A stretch of 63,372 nucleotides of DNA, filler included, from Phoronis australis (GCA_002633005.1; 7 parts of 7 records of this genome joined end to end with filler, not necessarily neighbours in it); one strand, 5' to 3'. Positions 1 to 13,149 are shown, numbered from the whole stretch's first letter. The notes: generated from the letters alone by a model not told the origin. Translations and numbers: made by a program.

Positions 1-335
1 AAATAAAAACAAAGGATGCAGATTTTTAGACCATCTATTGTAACAAGTATGAAAAATGAGCACTACTACACAATAATGAGTGAATTGAAATTCTTGTGAG
101 GATGTGATGAGCAAAATGGAAGTCAAGTTTAAGTATTTTAAGTGTTCATTTTTAACAAGAAAACTTGTAAACAGAAACACAATATTATCACATAAAGAAC
201 GCATTTTCATAGTAAAATTTTATGAAGTTTCACAACCAATTCATTTCAGGTCTGAGATATTCCATGAGAATCAGTAATCTCTTGATTAACAAAGTAAAAT
301 GCTTTTTACGCTTCATAAAAATAGTCAAGATAGTA

Positions 336-1639
336 AACAAGAGCAACGCGGAGGGTTGAAATGCACTCACGAATGCATCGCAAATGGTGTGCTTTTAGGG
401 GGTTTTGTTTGTATCATCGAATGGGCCACTAGATGGCACAAAATATGTCGAATCCATCTGAAAACCCGAAAATGTCACCATTTCTTTAAAAGAAAGCCAT
501 TTACCAAATTTCACTCAAATTCGTTGAGGAACTTCAGAGAAACAGAGGAAAACGAAAAAAAATAAAACTGCCACTAGGGGGGCACAGTGTTCGTCGGATC
601 CGTCTAAAAGTCATCGTCACCTCTTGTTAACTTCATAAATTTAATAAAGATCCTGCAGAGGGCTTAGGAGATACAGGTACGGGTGCAAAAAAAAACACCA
701 CTAAAAGGCACAACACTTGAAGTCATCGGAAAATCATCATCAACTGTCCCCTTCATAGAAAGAACATACATGCCAACTTTCACAATCATCCTTAGAGTGG
801 TTTGGTTGGCAGAGAGACAGACGCCAAAAACCAAACTCGAAAACAACAAAAATGGTCACTAGGTGGCGCAAACTACGAATCCATCCGAAAACGAGAGGAT
901 AGCGTTATCTCACTAATAGATGTCTATGTGCCAAATTTTATGGAAATCCGTTGAGGACCTTTAAAGATAGAGAGGTAAACGTAAAAAACTGCCACTAGGG
1001 GAAACACAAGTACACCGATCTGTTTGAAAGTCGTCGTCGTCCGTTGTCAACTTCATATAAATACATTTGCTAAATTTAATAAAGATCCTGTAGAACGCTT
1101 AGGAGATACAGCCATGGGCGCAAAAACAAACAAAACTGCCACTAGGAAGCGCCACTGTAGTCGAAGTCGTCGGAAAATCATCATCTGTCTTCCTCATAGT
1201 AAGAACACACATGCCAATTTTCACAATCATCCTCAAAGTGGTTTGGTTGTTAGAGGGGCGGAAGCCAAAAAACGACTCGAAAACAGTAAAAACGGCCACT
1301 AGATGGTGCAAAATGCCTCGAATCCATCCGAAAACAAGAGGGTAGTGTCAACTCCTAAAAAGATTTCTATGAGCCAAATTTCATAAAAATCGGTTGAGGA
1401 CCTTTCAAGATACAGAGGTAAACGTAAAAACTAAACTTGCCAATAGGGGGCACAGTGGTATTCGGGTCGGTCCGAAACTCGTTGCCCTCTGTCGTCAACC
1501 CCATAGGAACACACTTGCCAAACTTCAATAAGATCCTGCAAGGGGTTTAGGAAAAACAGCCGTGGACGGCGGACGCCGGACAGAGGTGACGGCAATATGC
1601 GACCACACACATATATATATATATGTGGGCGCATAAAAA
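336..1639 (-). mobile_element. Non-autonomous Helentron/HINE (DINE-1-like) element carrying a ~435-bp tandem array
   Basis: On the minus strand it begins TTTTTATGCGCCCAC...GTGGTCGCATA (a hairpin around an AT run). A GTCY-like tract follows (TCTGTCCGGCGTCCGCCGTCC), then ~2.7 diverged units (GG(C/T)CACTAG(A/G)TGG anchors at ~424, ~855, ~1295), ending ...GCTCTTGTT. This layout matches the known HINE organisation. Confidence 0.6.
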
Positions 1640-2058
1640 CGTGTAAATAACCCAATGAGCAGCTGTTGATTTTAATATTTGAAACCAAAACAAAACAATA
1701 AATGACAATATTGCAGTACATACAGTTCTGAATAGACTTCTTTTTCTGAAACACTGAAAGAAAGTCACATTCATGCCATCCATTTCAACAATGGCACAGC
1801 CAGTTGACCCAAAGGGCATAACTTTGAAAAATCCTAGTTTACCGATTGTTGAAAATAAATCAACAGAGATATATTTCAAATAAATGGTGAAGACTAAAAT
1901 GGAGCCAGAACAAATTGGTACAATGCGCTAGAGTCAAGAAAAAAAATCAGTTTTGAGTGATTTTAGTGACAACAATTCCAGAGATCCAGTGTTTGGGCGA
2001 GAAATGAAAAGGTGGAATGAACAGATAGACACTTTAACATTCATCCAACTTTGCTTAC

Positions 2059-2199
2059 CTTTGAGTTTCTTGTGTTCCATATTCTGACAATGGAATCCCT
2101 GCCAGCTGAGTAAAGTCTATTTAACTGGGGATCAAACTTCAAAGAATTTACTCCAGATCTGTGATACCTTTCAACTTCATCGCGAATCACATAGGAGAC
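2059..2199 (-). CDS. WDR48: WD repeat-containing protein 48 (UAF1), exon 2
   Basis: Encodes [47 protein letters not shown], matching the WDR48 N-terminus. Acceptor ttttgAG, donor GTAAGC; 141 nt, phase 0/0. Confidence 0.93.
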
Positions 2200-3699
2200 C
2201 TCAAAATAAAATGCGGCACAAAAAGTGAATATTGACAAATATCATTACAACATCAAGTGGAAAGGATAGGAAACCATGAACAAGTCTCCTCACATTACTG
2301 ATCTCATCAGATTTATGAAACAGGAGAAATGAACATTCTCTTGAAGATGACACAGGGTCTTTGAGATAGCTCCATTGTCTGAAACAGGTAATCACTCAAT
2401 TGTATCAGCAAAGATATTGTCTAATGAGAGAGACATACCTTAAGATAGTGAATTGTAAGGTAGTAACCCTCTTGTATACACAAGATTTGTTGAATACACG
2501 ACAGGGATGTCAGAATCCGTGAGTCATGCTTTTTGGGTAGGTAAACCATGTTTTGTGACCGTGTGCACGTGTGAACTGAGTCCCTAAGCAATGTTCATGT
2601 GTTAGTAACTATGTTCGTAATTACCTGAGCCACTTTGTTCGTGTAGCCTGAACATACGTCACCATGAAAGTTTGCAAAAATCAAGACGAGTTGACCATTG
2701 AAGATAGATAAGCACTTTATAAAACTTCACTTCACTAATGAAAAACATTTAACAGAAAAATAAATAGACTTGTGCACACGCCTTAAAACATCGAAAACTT
2801 AGACGAGCAGGACAGATCAGCAATCATGAAACCTGGATAAAGATTTGTATGTCCTCATCATTTAATGTGTTCCATAGCTTGGCAGTCTAGTGTGAAAAGT
2901 TGCTAACCGTAAGTTCACTTGTGTAGAAAATCTACCCTCCCACGGCCAGTATCAAATCCTAGCCGCTGGTGTGCAAATCAAGTGTCCAAATCGATCCGCA
3001 ATTGCTTACTGGAAATGAGCAATTTAGATGGTCACAACAAGAACCAGAAACACTCCTCATAATCGCGCGGACCAGAGGGGGCCTCTCCCTATCGTGGATC
3101 TCACTGTTGTGAATATTAGGTTCCAGGTGTGATGTACCCAAATCGATCATATAGAGCCTCTGGAAATCGTTTGCCAAATGGCAATTACCTCATTTTGGAG
3201 TTATTTCTCTGTTTCTCTCATTCTCACTCCCGTCGTGAATTTTTCTACATTGGAACCAACAACGGTAGAACCCACTAGCTGGAGAGGAACACAAAAAACA
3301 CAATAGGGTGTTGCGCAACCCCCAAACTATCCCCCATAAAGCAGGGCTCCCCTACACGATCGAGAGGATTGTTATAAGTTCCCAGTGTGAGATACCAGTA
3401 CCATCGTATAGGGCCTCTCTAAATTTGCTGCTTGCCAAATAGCAATTGTCTCCTGGCCGAAAACACTCTGGATGGTTGACTCTCACGTTGGCACTTTGTG
3501 TCCAATACATAGGACCCGCCATTGACATGTGATTAATCTACAACTCACCTTGTAGAAAAATCCACACGTACACGAGTGTTATCAAACCCAGCCAGCTGGC
3601 TAAGTAGAACAGGTCAAAAATTCAAATCGATCGGCCAAATAGACAACCGCCTTTTGACAAGCGATTTAAGGAGGAATTTTATATGAGCATTTGATTGTG

Positions 3700-3825
3700 T
3701 AATAGTCAGATAGGCGAGTTCTTGATTTAAAATTGATTTGAGAACCAGTTACTCCCACTGAATAATAGACATTATTCCGCGGCAGTAACTGATCTCAAAT
3801 CAGGGACCCATTTATCTAACTGTTA
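3700..3825. repeat. Short imperfect palindrome (MITE-like)
   Basis: ATTTGAGAACCAGTTACT...GAATAAT is mirrored by ATTATTC...AGTAACTGATCTCAAAT, with weaker outer arms. Confidence 0.5.
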
Positions 3826-3914
3826 CATTTGACTTTAACTCACACTTGAAATCGGAAAAATTAAATTTAAGTCCATGGCCGTATATATCGGAACGATTTT
3901 GTCTAGCTCATGGT

Positions 3915-4747
3915 TAGACAGGGACCACCGTCCTACGTGCCTACTACGTGCATACACCAGAAGCTTTTCAGCAAATTATGCCTTGCACTGACTAAAACAT
4001 CAAAGTCACATTGTTATAAATACCTTTTGCTCGCAAAGGAACACATTAGGATGCCATCGAAGTATGTTATTCCTTCCTACTCGGAACAAATGCTCCCGTT
4101 ATCAAACTTTTTCTTCGAGCAGTCCCTCGTTCAGTTCCCAAAATCGGTAACTCACCATTTTTAACACTGCATGCCAGATAGCATAACGTCATATCCCCTG
4201 GTGCGCAGTGTTAAAAATTGTGAGTTACCGATTTTTGGAACTGAACAAGGGACTGCTCAAAGTAAAAGTTTGATAACGGGAGAATTTTTCAGAGTTAGAA
4301 GGAATTAAATACATTGGCGGCCTCTTAAGGTGTCTATGCCCAGAAGGTATTTACTGTATAACAGCATAACATTTGTTGTGAATGTTGGTTTGTGTGGTCT
4401 CGTCTTTCGTCTTGTCTCATGTGTTCGTGATTGTCCGTGGGTTTCCGTCAGTGGCCGGATGTTGTAAAGTTCTAGTATTGTCACGTGACTGGGGAATCGA
4501 GAGCTCTGTTCGTGTAGCTCTGCTGCACGCAGGACGTCTGTGTTTGTGGATCGTCATCTCAAGCGTGTATTCAAGCTTTCATATGAGTAAAGGTAAGCTG
4601 CACGAGAACCTGCGTATCAAGTCACAACACATTGATGTTTAAGTCAGTGCAAGGCATAATTCGCCGAAAATCTTCCAGCGTATGAAACGCCTATAGGAGC
4701 TTCACTGTCTCTACAGTGGAGCCATTAGAGACAGTGGTCACTGTCTA
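3915..4747. mobile_element. Non-autonomous foldback DNA transposon with TAG...CTA termini and a 9-bp TSD (AcademH- or MULE-like)
   Basis: Termini TAGACAGGGACCAC / GTGGTCACTGTCTA. Perfect GCTCATGGT duplication at 3906-3914 and 4748-4756. The arms are complementary up to a ~35-nt loop near 4172-4203. Confidence 0.8.
4374..4629 (+). mobile_element. Solo LTR (Gypsy-type) inserted in the right arm of the foldback
   Basis: 256 bp with TGTTGTGA...TCACAACA termini, flanked by a 4-bp CATT duplication (4370-4373, 4630-4633). It is absent from the mirror arm. Strand is tentative. Confidence 0.8.
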
Positions 4748-5161
4748 GCTCATGGTATGGTTTTACACACAGGTTTTATGGCTTTTAAGTTTTATGTCGC
4801 ACTATTTAAACTAAATCGTTGGAGAAAGGAATGAATCTGACACCATACTTCACACTTGGCCTTTAAAGTGCCAAGTAATAGATGCACAAACACAATTCAT
4901 CAGCAAAAACAAGTGACTTAAAGGAACAGGCATAGGACCAAGGTAAAGGCTACGTGGGCTAACGAAGAGTAAACACTTGACATACTGAATCGATTTCAAG
5001 TGAACGACGTCTGCAATGCACTTCACTTCATTCTGCAGTGTTGCGACAGGAATTTTCAAGTTCAGTTTTTGTATGAATGCATCAAATATGCAAATTTTCT
5101 TTTTAAAAAATTCCATGTACACTGTAATGACGACAACACCCGAGCTGCAATTAATTATTAC

Positions 5162-5209
5162 CTGAACTTTGCGTCTCCCTGTCCCACTCATCTGTCTGTT
5201 GTGAGACAT
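5162..5209 (-). CDS. WDR48: WD repeat-containing protein 48 (UAF1), exon 1 (start)
   Basis: Encodes MSHNRQMSGTGRRKVQ (human ...GRRKVQ|VSYVIRDE). Donor GTAATA; joins exon 2 in frame. Confidence 0.9.
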
Positions 5210-5818
5210 TTCTTGTGCATATGAGTAATACGTCATCAAAATACGTGTTTTGCTAAACTAGTTCATCATTTCGACAATAGGAGCTCATGCTGTATGCCGA
5301 ACTCTCTTAGACTTTGTGAAACAAAAACAGAGCTCCAATCGAAGTCAGGTAAGTGTTGGTCTCTTGAATTCGTAAGTCTTTGTTTTACGAATGTTCTGCT
5401 ACTTTTATTAGCAAATGGCAAAACGACGAGTCACCGTGCTGCAATTTCTAGAAATACCTTAATGAAAAACGCCAACCGCGTTGCCGTTAGTCGTTACTGT
5501 TGGCGTGAAATATTTTAAAAACGGTGTTAAAAACTAAATTCCACGGCGCCGGTGTAATGTGGTTGGAGGGGTTTATTCTTAAAATAGATTTGGCTGATCA
5601 TGTTTATCTTATTTTGATTGTTGTAAATCTTGTTTTGAAATAGTGAGCATTGTGTAAATCTTATATTTCCTTGCTGCAAACGCAACTTAGCACTCTATTG
5701 TTTACATTTTGCATCACGTGTGCGTCATATGTTCACGTGAGGAATTCGTGATCAGCTGATCACAGAATAGTCTTCAGTTGTTGGTTATTGTTCTTCATGT
5801 AGGCTGTTTTATGCTGCC

Positions 5819-5918
5819 NNNNNNNNNNNNNNNNNNNNNNNNNNNNNNNNNNNNNNNNNNNNTTAATTAATTAANNNNNNNNNNNNNNNNNNNNNNNNNN
5901 NNNNNNNNNNNNNNNNNN
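5819..5918. other. Artificial contig linker
   Basis: 44 N + TTAATTAATTAA (stops in all six frames) + 44 N. Confidence 0.98.
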
Positions 5919-8013
5919 AAATACGGATAAGAGAAAATTCTAAGAGAACATTTAACAACACTGCATGGTTTACCTTTTGATTAACGTGGCCAGGACATTG
6001 TTAAGTTTCCGCTTTTGCAGCACAGTTCGTCTAAACGTACATTGTACTTGAAAATGTGCAGGTGATCATTCGTACTCGTACATATAGGCCATATTTCGAA
6101 AAATCTAGACAATTTGTAAAGCGAAGATCTTGCGGAGCGTACTAATTTATTGGATTTTTAAATTCAATAAGTCAGTTTTGCGAGTGCAAAACTATACAGT
6201 CATGTATTTTTCCTGAGGCCCCTCTCTGGCAAGGAATAACGGAGACAACATTCGCTTTATTTTTTGTCGAAACTGTATATCACTTGAGAAAAAATGATAA
6301 CCTGATAGATAACATCAATTGCTGCACATTTCCTGATGTTCGAAAAAAATATAGATATTTTCATATTTACTGACCCGGCCCTTGAAGGAGAACATTGATT
6401 ATATTCAAGTGGCCGCCCTTTTTGTGTTTTTATTGACAAATTCTAAAGGGTGCGCACACGAAGAGAGGGCCTAATGTTGAAATCGATTACATGTACCTCC
6501 GTTTTGCTGCTTTTTGTGAAATCGTGCTACCGGCTTTCATATTTAAGGTCACTTTCCGCATCGTTTTGTGACAACACGACGGTGGAGTGAACTGTCACTC
6601 GTTTTCCGAGCTTAAAGATGTTTAGCCTTTCATCTTAAGGTGTTCTCACGGGACCCTGTCTCGGTGAAGCAGTTGGGGGGAAATGTCCCTTTGTCCTGTA
6701 GATGTAAACCTGACACTGCCAAGTGTTCACGAGGGAATTTAAGATTCCAAATTCGTCAAAAAAATACAAAACATTCGTGCCCAGAACAGCAGTATCAAGA
6801 CATTCGACCCAAACAACCAAAAAATGTGAACAAAATACAATAGGATTGACCGCCATCGAAAGGGTGGAATATTGAAGAACGTGAAGACCGCTATTTGTGA
6901 ATTACACAAAAGGACTATTTACGGTGGTTAGTTATAAAATAATGTTACTGTTTCTCATAGTATCACAAGAATAGTTCTCTCTTTTGAAGATGGTTACCAT
7001 GCGCGCACCCTGCCTAACATATAGGGGGGCCGAATGCTTTAGAATCTGGACCTTTTACGAAAAACACGGAGACTAAGAAAAACACGGGTACTACGATCAG
7101 AGCTATGAATTGAGCATTCCCGCCGAATTCCTGCCTTTTGCCTTTGTAGTGAAATTTTGTCTCGTTTTTCTCGGACACATTTTATTTCTCTGAGGCGGAC
7201 CTTTTTGCCCACTTCGCCAAATAGGGGAGGGACTCGTGCGAGCCCTCCGAACCCTCCCCTCCCGCCTGAGTGCGTGCATGGTTGCTATGATTTGTTTGTA
7301 AGGAGTTTCTATGTGGAAAACACTGCTGTCTATGCTACAATTTCTGATGACCGCGTACATGTCAAAAGGGGGTACTCAAAGAACTATCGCAATCACAAAC
7401 CATGATTTCAGCGTTTTTGTCAGTGGAGTTCAAATTTACCTCTTGAGCCGTTATAGGCATATGTACTGAAATGAGCAAAAGTACACCTTGAATGCCCCAT
7501 CAACCGGTTACCAATCAAAAATCTGCGAGCATGCCTGCGGAAATTGCTTATAATATTTCGTTTTGATAAACAAATTCGTTGTTTTCCATTTCACTTGTTT
7601 ATGTATCTACGAAAATTGATAGATTCATAGACTACGAAATGGTTTGTGAACCCCCCCCCCNTTGAGGAGAGTTGTGGTCGAGACGGTGCTCAGTACATAC
7701 TGTAGTGTTATAATTTTCTATCGGTGATCCGCCTCGCTTTCTCAAAGGTGGCACCCTCGACTGTTGTATTTCAGTTGAACTTTTTTGGCAAACAGTTCAT
7801 TCGCGCTGTTTCAAAGTTGTTCTGAATAACGGTTGCGTCAGTAGCAATGTTTCGCTTCTTCAACGCTCTCGACCGTCCCTAATAAGCACGCTGGCACCAG
7901 ACCGGTTCTGGCATTGTTCAGTTTGTCGGTGCCGGGTACCGTCTTGCACTGCCAGCACCGGTAGCTGGTACCAGCTTTGCATCACCTTCGGTTTTCCACT
8001 GAGTACCCGCACT

Positions 8014-8235
8014 CAGTGGCAGATCTACGTTTTCAGAAAGGGGAGTTTAGGATTCGAGCGAATCCGAGGAGAAGGAAGGTCGGGAGAGGGTTTGCCTGTT
8101 CCCGTGTAAGATTTTATTATGGTTTTTAATAGCTAATTTCGTTTTGCTGGCGATTTTTTTTTCAATTTTCGTGTTTTGATCCTGTCCCGATCGAGGGGGG
8201 GGGTAGTTTGAACCCCCTGAACGCCCCCCTCTGTA
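8014..8235 (+). mobile_element. Degenerate MITE of the CAGTGGCGGATCTA family
   Basis: Starts CAGTGGCAGATCTA and shares GGTCGGGAGAGGG(G)TTTGCC with the element at 32392-33347. Confidence 0.45.
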
Positions 8236-9299
8236 AGGTTACCAGCAAGAATCATAACCATCAGCGCTACTCAAAAAATTGTTTTAGCTGTTTATTGGCC
8301 GTTGCGTGATCAATCCTAAAATCACGATTAATGGTGCGTGTATTCTGTGCCTGTAACTTAATGTTACCGGTTCATGAGCAATAGGCCTAATCGTAGATCG
8401 GATGAGCGCCTTGGTTAACAAGTCACCATTGTCGGCTAAACAGCGATGAAATGCAGCTTTGAAATTCATCATTGTTTTAGTGTGTGTGTGTGTGTGTCCG
8501 GGTGGTTCAGCACTTTCAACTAACACAGTTCAGTTCCGGCGTCTTGTTTTGCCGCCCGTGCTACAGTGTATTTCATTTGTTTCGACTAAGAGCATGTACA
8601 AAATAATATACCTACATGTATGCCTTCCCTTATAAGTTACGGAAACGTCATACCCCGTGATACACATAGACATTATGTGCCTCCTCACTGGGTTTTTAGA
8701 TGTTTTACAGTTGACTGACTCTTGTTTGTGCCATGCCGTGAAAATAGGCCTACGTTTGCTATACCAAATCATAAAAATCAGCTATAATGAAAAAATAACC
8801 CGACACTATAAGCGCCGGATGCGCCCTCTAGAACCAATCAATGAACACTGTGAGTCGAGTAAACAGATTATCCGTAATTCCTGCAGTCACAAATTTGATT
8901 CGTTATAACTGGTCCTCAGTTATAGGACGCGCGCCTGAACGTCATTGTTTAAGCCATACATTAGCTAACATTTACATTAGCTAATATTTATCCGGCGAAC
9001 CATTCGTCAGTAGTTTTCCCCTCACGTGAAAGAGGGATAAACGGTGGGTGGGGGGGGGGGGTGTTTAGTGCCACGTACAGAAAAACTACATTCGAATTTA
9101 AGTTATTTTTATTACAGAAATATTTGCAATAAGCCCAGAGAACCGTTATTATTTATGAGCGTCAAAATATTTAGGGGTGGTCCATAAACTGTTTCCAGCT
9201 GTACAAGCATCTACTATTTTGTAGATATTCTACTCTGCAACATCAACTTATTAAATAGAGTAAGCCAGTTCTTGCTGAAGAATAAATCAAAATTAAGGT

Positions 9300-10362
9300 T
9301 GATCGAGACCCCATTTCTCCTTACCTTTTTGTATTATGTGTAGAAATATTGGGTAATTTAATTGGACGGGATAGTGGCATCACCGTGGACAGGATAGGTG
9401 TAGTTTATAAACTGATCCAGTACGCCGATGACACTTATGTGATTTTGGACTGTTCTGATTTATCTCTTGGATCATCTTTGGATTTAATTGTCCAATTTGC
9501 GAAATTTTCTGGTTTGAAGCCAAATATCGAGAAAACAAGATGTGTTTGGATTGGTTCAAAAAAGACTCTGACGAAAAAGTTTGTGCAACCTTTGCAGCGT
9601 ACAGGGGTCTTAAGAATAGACAAGACAATATCTTTTTACCAAATTTTCCAAGATAATTAATAAAATCTTGCATAATAAATCACAAGCGGTAAGTATTTGT
9701 GACACCTTAGTACAGACACTTCAGACAGCTTGTAAATATAAAAACAAGTGGTCATCTGAGAAAGATGTAAACGTTGTTATGAATAATGTAAATTTTAGCG
9801 ACTCTCACACACGTGGAGAAAAGTAAATAAACTTCGCTTCAATTATACAAAAGATACAAAATTCCGTTGGTTTCCATACCGCTTAATTCACAGAATATTG
9901 CCAACCAGAAATTATTTATATAAAATTAAAATAAAAACAAATGATTTATGCTCTTTCTGTGGTGAACACAGTGAAACTTTTCCCCATCTGTTTTGGCAAT
10001 GTCGTCTTGCCTCCGGTTTCTGGCTCCTGTTTATTGAATGATTAAAACAAACACGTGTAAATTTTCTGTGGACAATATAACAATGCTTTTTGGTTTTTTG
10101 GGAAACACTCAGTCGGAAAATTGTAACATTAATCTGTTGATCATACTAGCAAAAAATTACATATTTAGCCAAAGGTTTGTTAAAAATTTCGACTTCTAAA
10201 TGTTCGTAAACCTCATTAAGTTAGATCCTGAACAAAATACGGCACTTGTTGACTAGCGATTTAATGTTATTCATTGTAAACGACGTATACTGTACTGTTT
10301 TATGTGACGTGTAATTACCATGCTAGAGCAAAATAAAATTTTAACTTGAAAAAAATAAAAAA
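9300..10362 (+). mobile_element. Degenerate, 5'-truncated L1/Tx1-clade LINE (RT and zinc-finger remnants)
   Basis: RT motifs DPISPYLFVLCVEIL, QYADDT and FSGLKPNIEKT. CCHC motif CSFCGEHSETFPHLFWQC at ~9949-10002. A-rich tail at ~10330-10362. Contains stops and frameshifts. Confidence 0.85.
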
Positions 10363-10916
10363 TTAATGTTGATCAGCTATCCTCCAGCAAGAGAAGGCGA
10401 CACTGTGTCCAATTTTGACGAGGTGTTACATACTGTATACATGTAAGCTTCACTTCAGTTGTGGGCACAAGAGAAGTAATTAATATAAAGTCTGTTCCTA
10501 TTGAATGAACTTCAGTTAACGCCATTGGAGTCAATTAAATCAGTTTTTGACCACAGTAAGATTAAAAACTGGACGATCGCAGCACAAATAAAAAAGTTTA
10601 TGTTCAATCAACGCTTCGGCTATTCATTAGACATCACCAGTGAGAAAATACAATTTTAGAGGGGATCGAAAGTGCATTCAACAAGCGTCCATGCGTCCTT
10701 CAAGTGCATGTAACTTATACGAAACTTGGCAATGGTGAATACGTTGAGCGTGGTCAATATGTTGGAATGATCCATTTCATAACAATGAGTTGTTCCCATG
10801 CAATAGTTCAACTGAACTTAGCTCAATGCTCGCTGTTTTTTCAAAGCAGCACAGGAAATGAAGCATGTCCAACGCAACATGTTTCTTCAACGCAGTTGTA
10901 CGCTAATATAATTATG

Positions 10917-11054
10917 TTACACGAAGCTGACAAAAGCAAATATCGCCACCACAAAAACGAAGAGAAGAGTGGCCCGCGCGTGAATTGAGGCATCGTTAGT
11001 GCCATCTCTTGGCGACGTTGAAGTCTCTGGTGGTGGTGTTGGCAGTGGCAGAGA
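10917..11054 (-). CDS. Reeler-domain protein, last exon (P/T/S stalk and hydrophobic GPI-type tail)
   Basis: Acceptor ttatttcAG, phase 0. Encodes SLPLPTPPPETSTSPRDGTNDASIHARATLLFVFVVAIFAFVSFV*. Confidence 0.75.
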   Translation of the reverse strand, partial: SLPLPTPPPETSTSPRDGTNDASIHARATLLFVFVVAIFAFVSFV

Positions 11055-12813
11055 CTGAAATAAGAAACGGACTGTTCAAATGTTGCAACGGAATGAATTT
11101 CGAACGTTGTAATGTCAATATCGAGGTAGGGTATGCACCTTTCTAGATTGGTCAATGATTGTCGGACATTTTCCGGACTGCCGGTATGGGCTTCTGGGAC
11201 GGCCAAGACATACCTACATGGAACTTTCACTATGGAGGAACCATTCTTTCAGAATTTCAGAATTGTCAATTTAGAGACTCAATTTACTCCATACTGCCAA
11301 TACCGGGACTGAATTTAATCTGGTCAGCCAGTCAGTAGCGGGTCTACACGTACATAGGGGGCCTGAAGATATAGAGCTACTCGCCCGGAGTCCAAGAACA
11401 GTTTAACGGCAGCATGACGTTGCCCCCNCCCATACCTCGTAAGTTTGAACTTTAAAAACAATGGCTTCAAACACCTCTTTCAAAACTAACGGTGACTCCA
11501 TCCCTGCTCTCTGGTGGGGTAGCACGGGGGCGAATGTCACTTGTCACGATTCCGTCATCGTTGCTCAGACACTCCTTTAGGCCTGTACTTGCTATGGCGA
11601 CGTTTCATTTTTAAAATGTGGCCAAAACGTTGCTGCTGACGTAACACTGATCGTGGTTCACATTCAAAACCTCATCTTCAAAAACCGCGTTATGAGGATA
11701 CAACTGTTTTAGCTGTGACTTCAAACTGGCCCCTGAAGATTTAGCGTTATTAGCTTCACGGTATCAGTCAAAACCGGAATGGACAGTGATTTTCTCTCGG
11801 CTGGCAACCGGACGGGCATCCTGTGGTTTGCCAATCATGCAGATAACGGGACACTGTTAGCTCTGGACTGCCTACAAAGCCTGTCGCCGGTGGCCCTAAC
11901 CTATTTCGGGGACCTTAGGTAAAAGGGTAAAAGTTGCAGACTCCTGTTGACTGCCGACTTAATGTATGCTTCCATTCATTATTGGTTGCATGTAGTTTAT
12001 GGGGAAAGCTAACTATTGAAATGACACGTACGCCTCGTCGGGTTACGAAATCGGAAAACATTACCTTTAAACTGAAATAAAAAGTACTACAACTTGACGA
12101 AAGCAAAAAATAACAAATTTTACAACGTTCGGAGCATGGTCGAGTTAACTCCGGCATACACTTATTTAAAAAATTCATGAAAATGATCGGAACTCTATCA
12201 AAATCGTTAGGCCTACTTTAAATGACCGTCATACTAATGACAACATTATTTAACTCCAAAACAGTGACACTTGATATACGAGATTTGATGGTGAAGCGGT
12301 GCAGTCAACTCTCCATATTTCACGATGGAAATTTGAATGCCAAAAACAAAGTTTTATCGGTTGCAGGGGCAGATCTAGGATTTTGAGTTGGGNTGAAGTC
12401 AATGAAGGCCAACGAATCCAATATCTAGCTGTTTTTCTAGAAAGTATATGCTATATGTAGTAAGTAGGTTGTTCCGTCTGTTCGTACAAGCGAGTAAACC
12501 CTCTATCCGTAAAAAGGTGACATTTCATTTAGGAATCTTATCACGCTGATGGTTCAGAAAGTTGTCGCTTACTCGAGAGTGCGACAAGTGCTGGTGCGCT
12601 GTAAACAGAGTCACGTTGTAATAACAAAGTGACAGATTTGATTATGTTAGCACTGCAGCTTCAGGGATTGTTGCTTAATCAAAGGATGCAAAAAATAAAT
12701 ATTCCAAGAGTTATGATTGGGTAGCTAATACTAAACAATTTATAACTCTAATTCATGGAAGTTTGCTAATCCCTGAACGTCAACAATGCACGGCACTTCC
12801 CCTTGCAACTTAC

Positions 12814-12883
12814 AGGGTCCACAAGCACTGCGCTGGACTGTAGTTTCACAAAGAATATGTCGTATTTTTGGACGATTGTAGCA
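12814..12883 (-). CDS. Reeler-domain protein, exon (end of Reeler domain)
   Basis: Acceptor ctatttcAG, donor GTAAGT. Encodes (Y)ATIVQKYDIFFVKLQSSAVLVDP, the typical Reeler 'ATvVq' strand; phase 2 to 0. Confidence 0.8.
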
Positions 12884-13149
12884 CTGAAATAGAAAATAAC
12901 ACAAATCTGTGGCTATTGCTTCGAAACTGGAGGAGAACACGAAGTGTGCATCTTACAATGAATGCAATGTTGAAAATTCAAGTTGAGTACACATACGATT
13001 AACGTCCACATAAAAATGTGCATGCAGCAAACACAAAAAATGCACGAAGCCGAGCACAGACAGTAATGCGTAAATTCAGTAGGCCCAAGTTCTAAAACGT
13101 CAGCATGGTTGCATAAGCAGAGTTCGTCATCAAAACTCAGAGAGTGACC

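Noticed and set aside
415-1560. ORFs 299-565, 664-849, 1024-1302 and 1099-1311 as a paralogous gene family
   Set aside because: Their similarity comes from the underlying tandem repeat; reading frames are not conserved between units.
5863-5874. TTAATTAATTAA as a biological motif
   Set aside because: It is a synthetic linker, identical in all six gaps.
10841-11230. 129-aa ORF as a protein
   Set aside because: It overlaps the Reeler terminal exon in a different frame; the spliced frame gives the sensible product.
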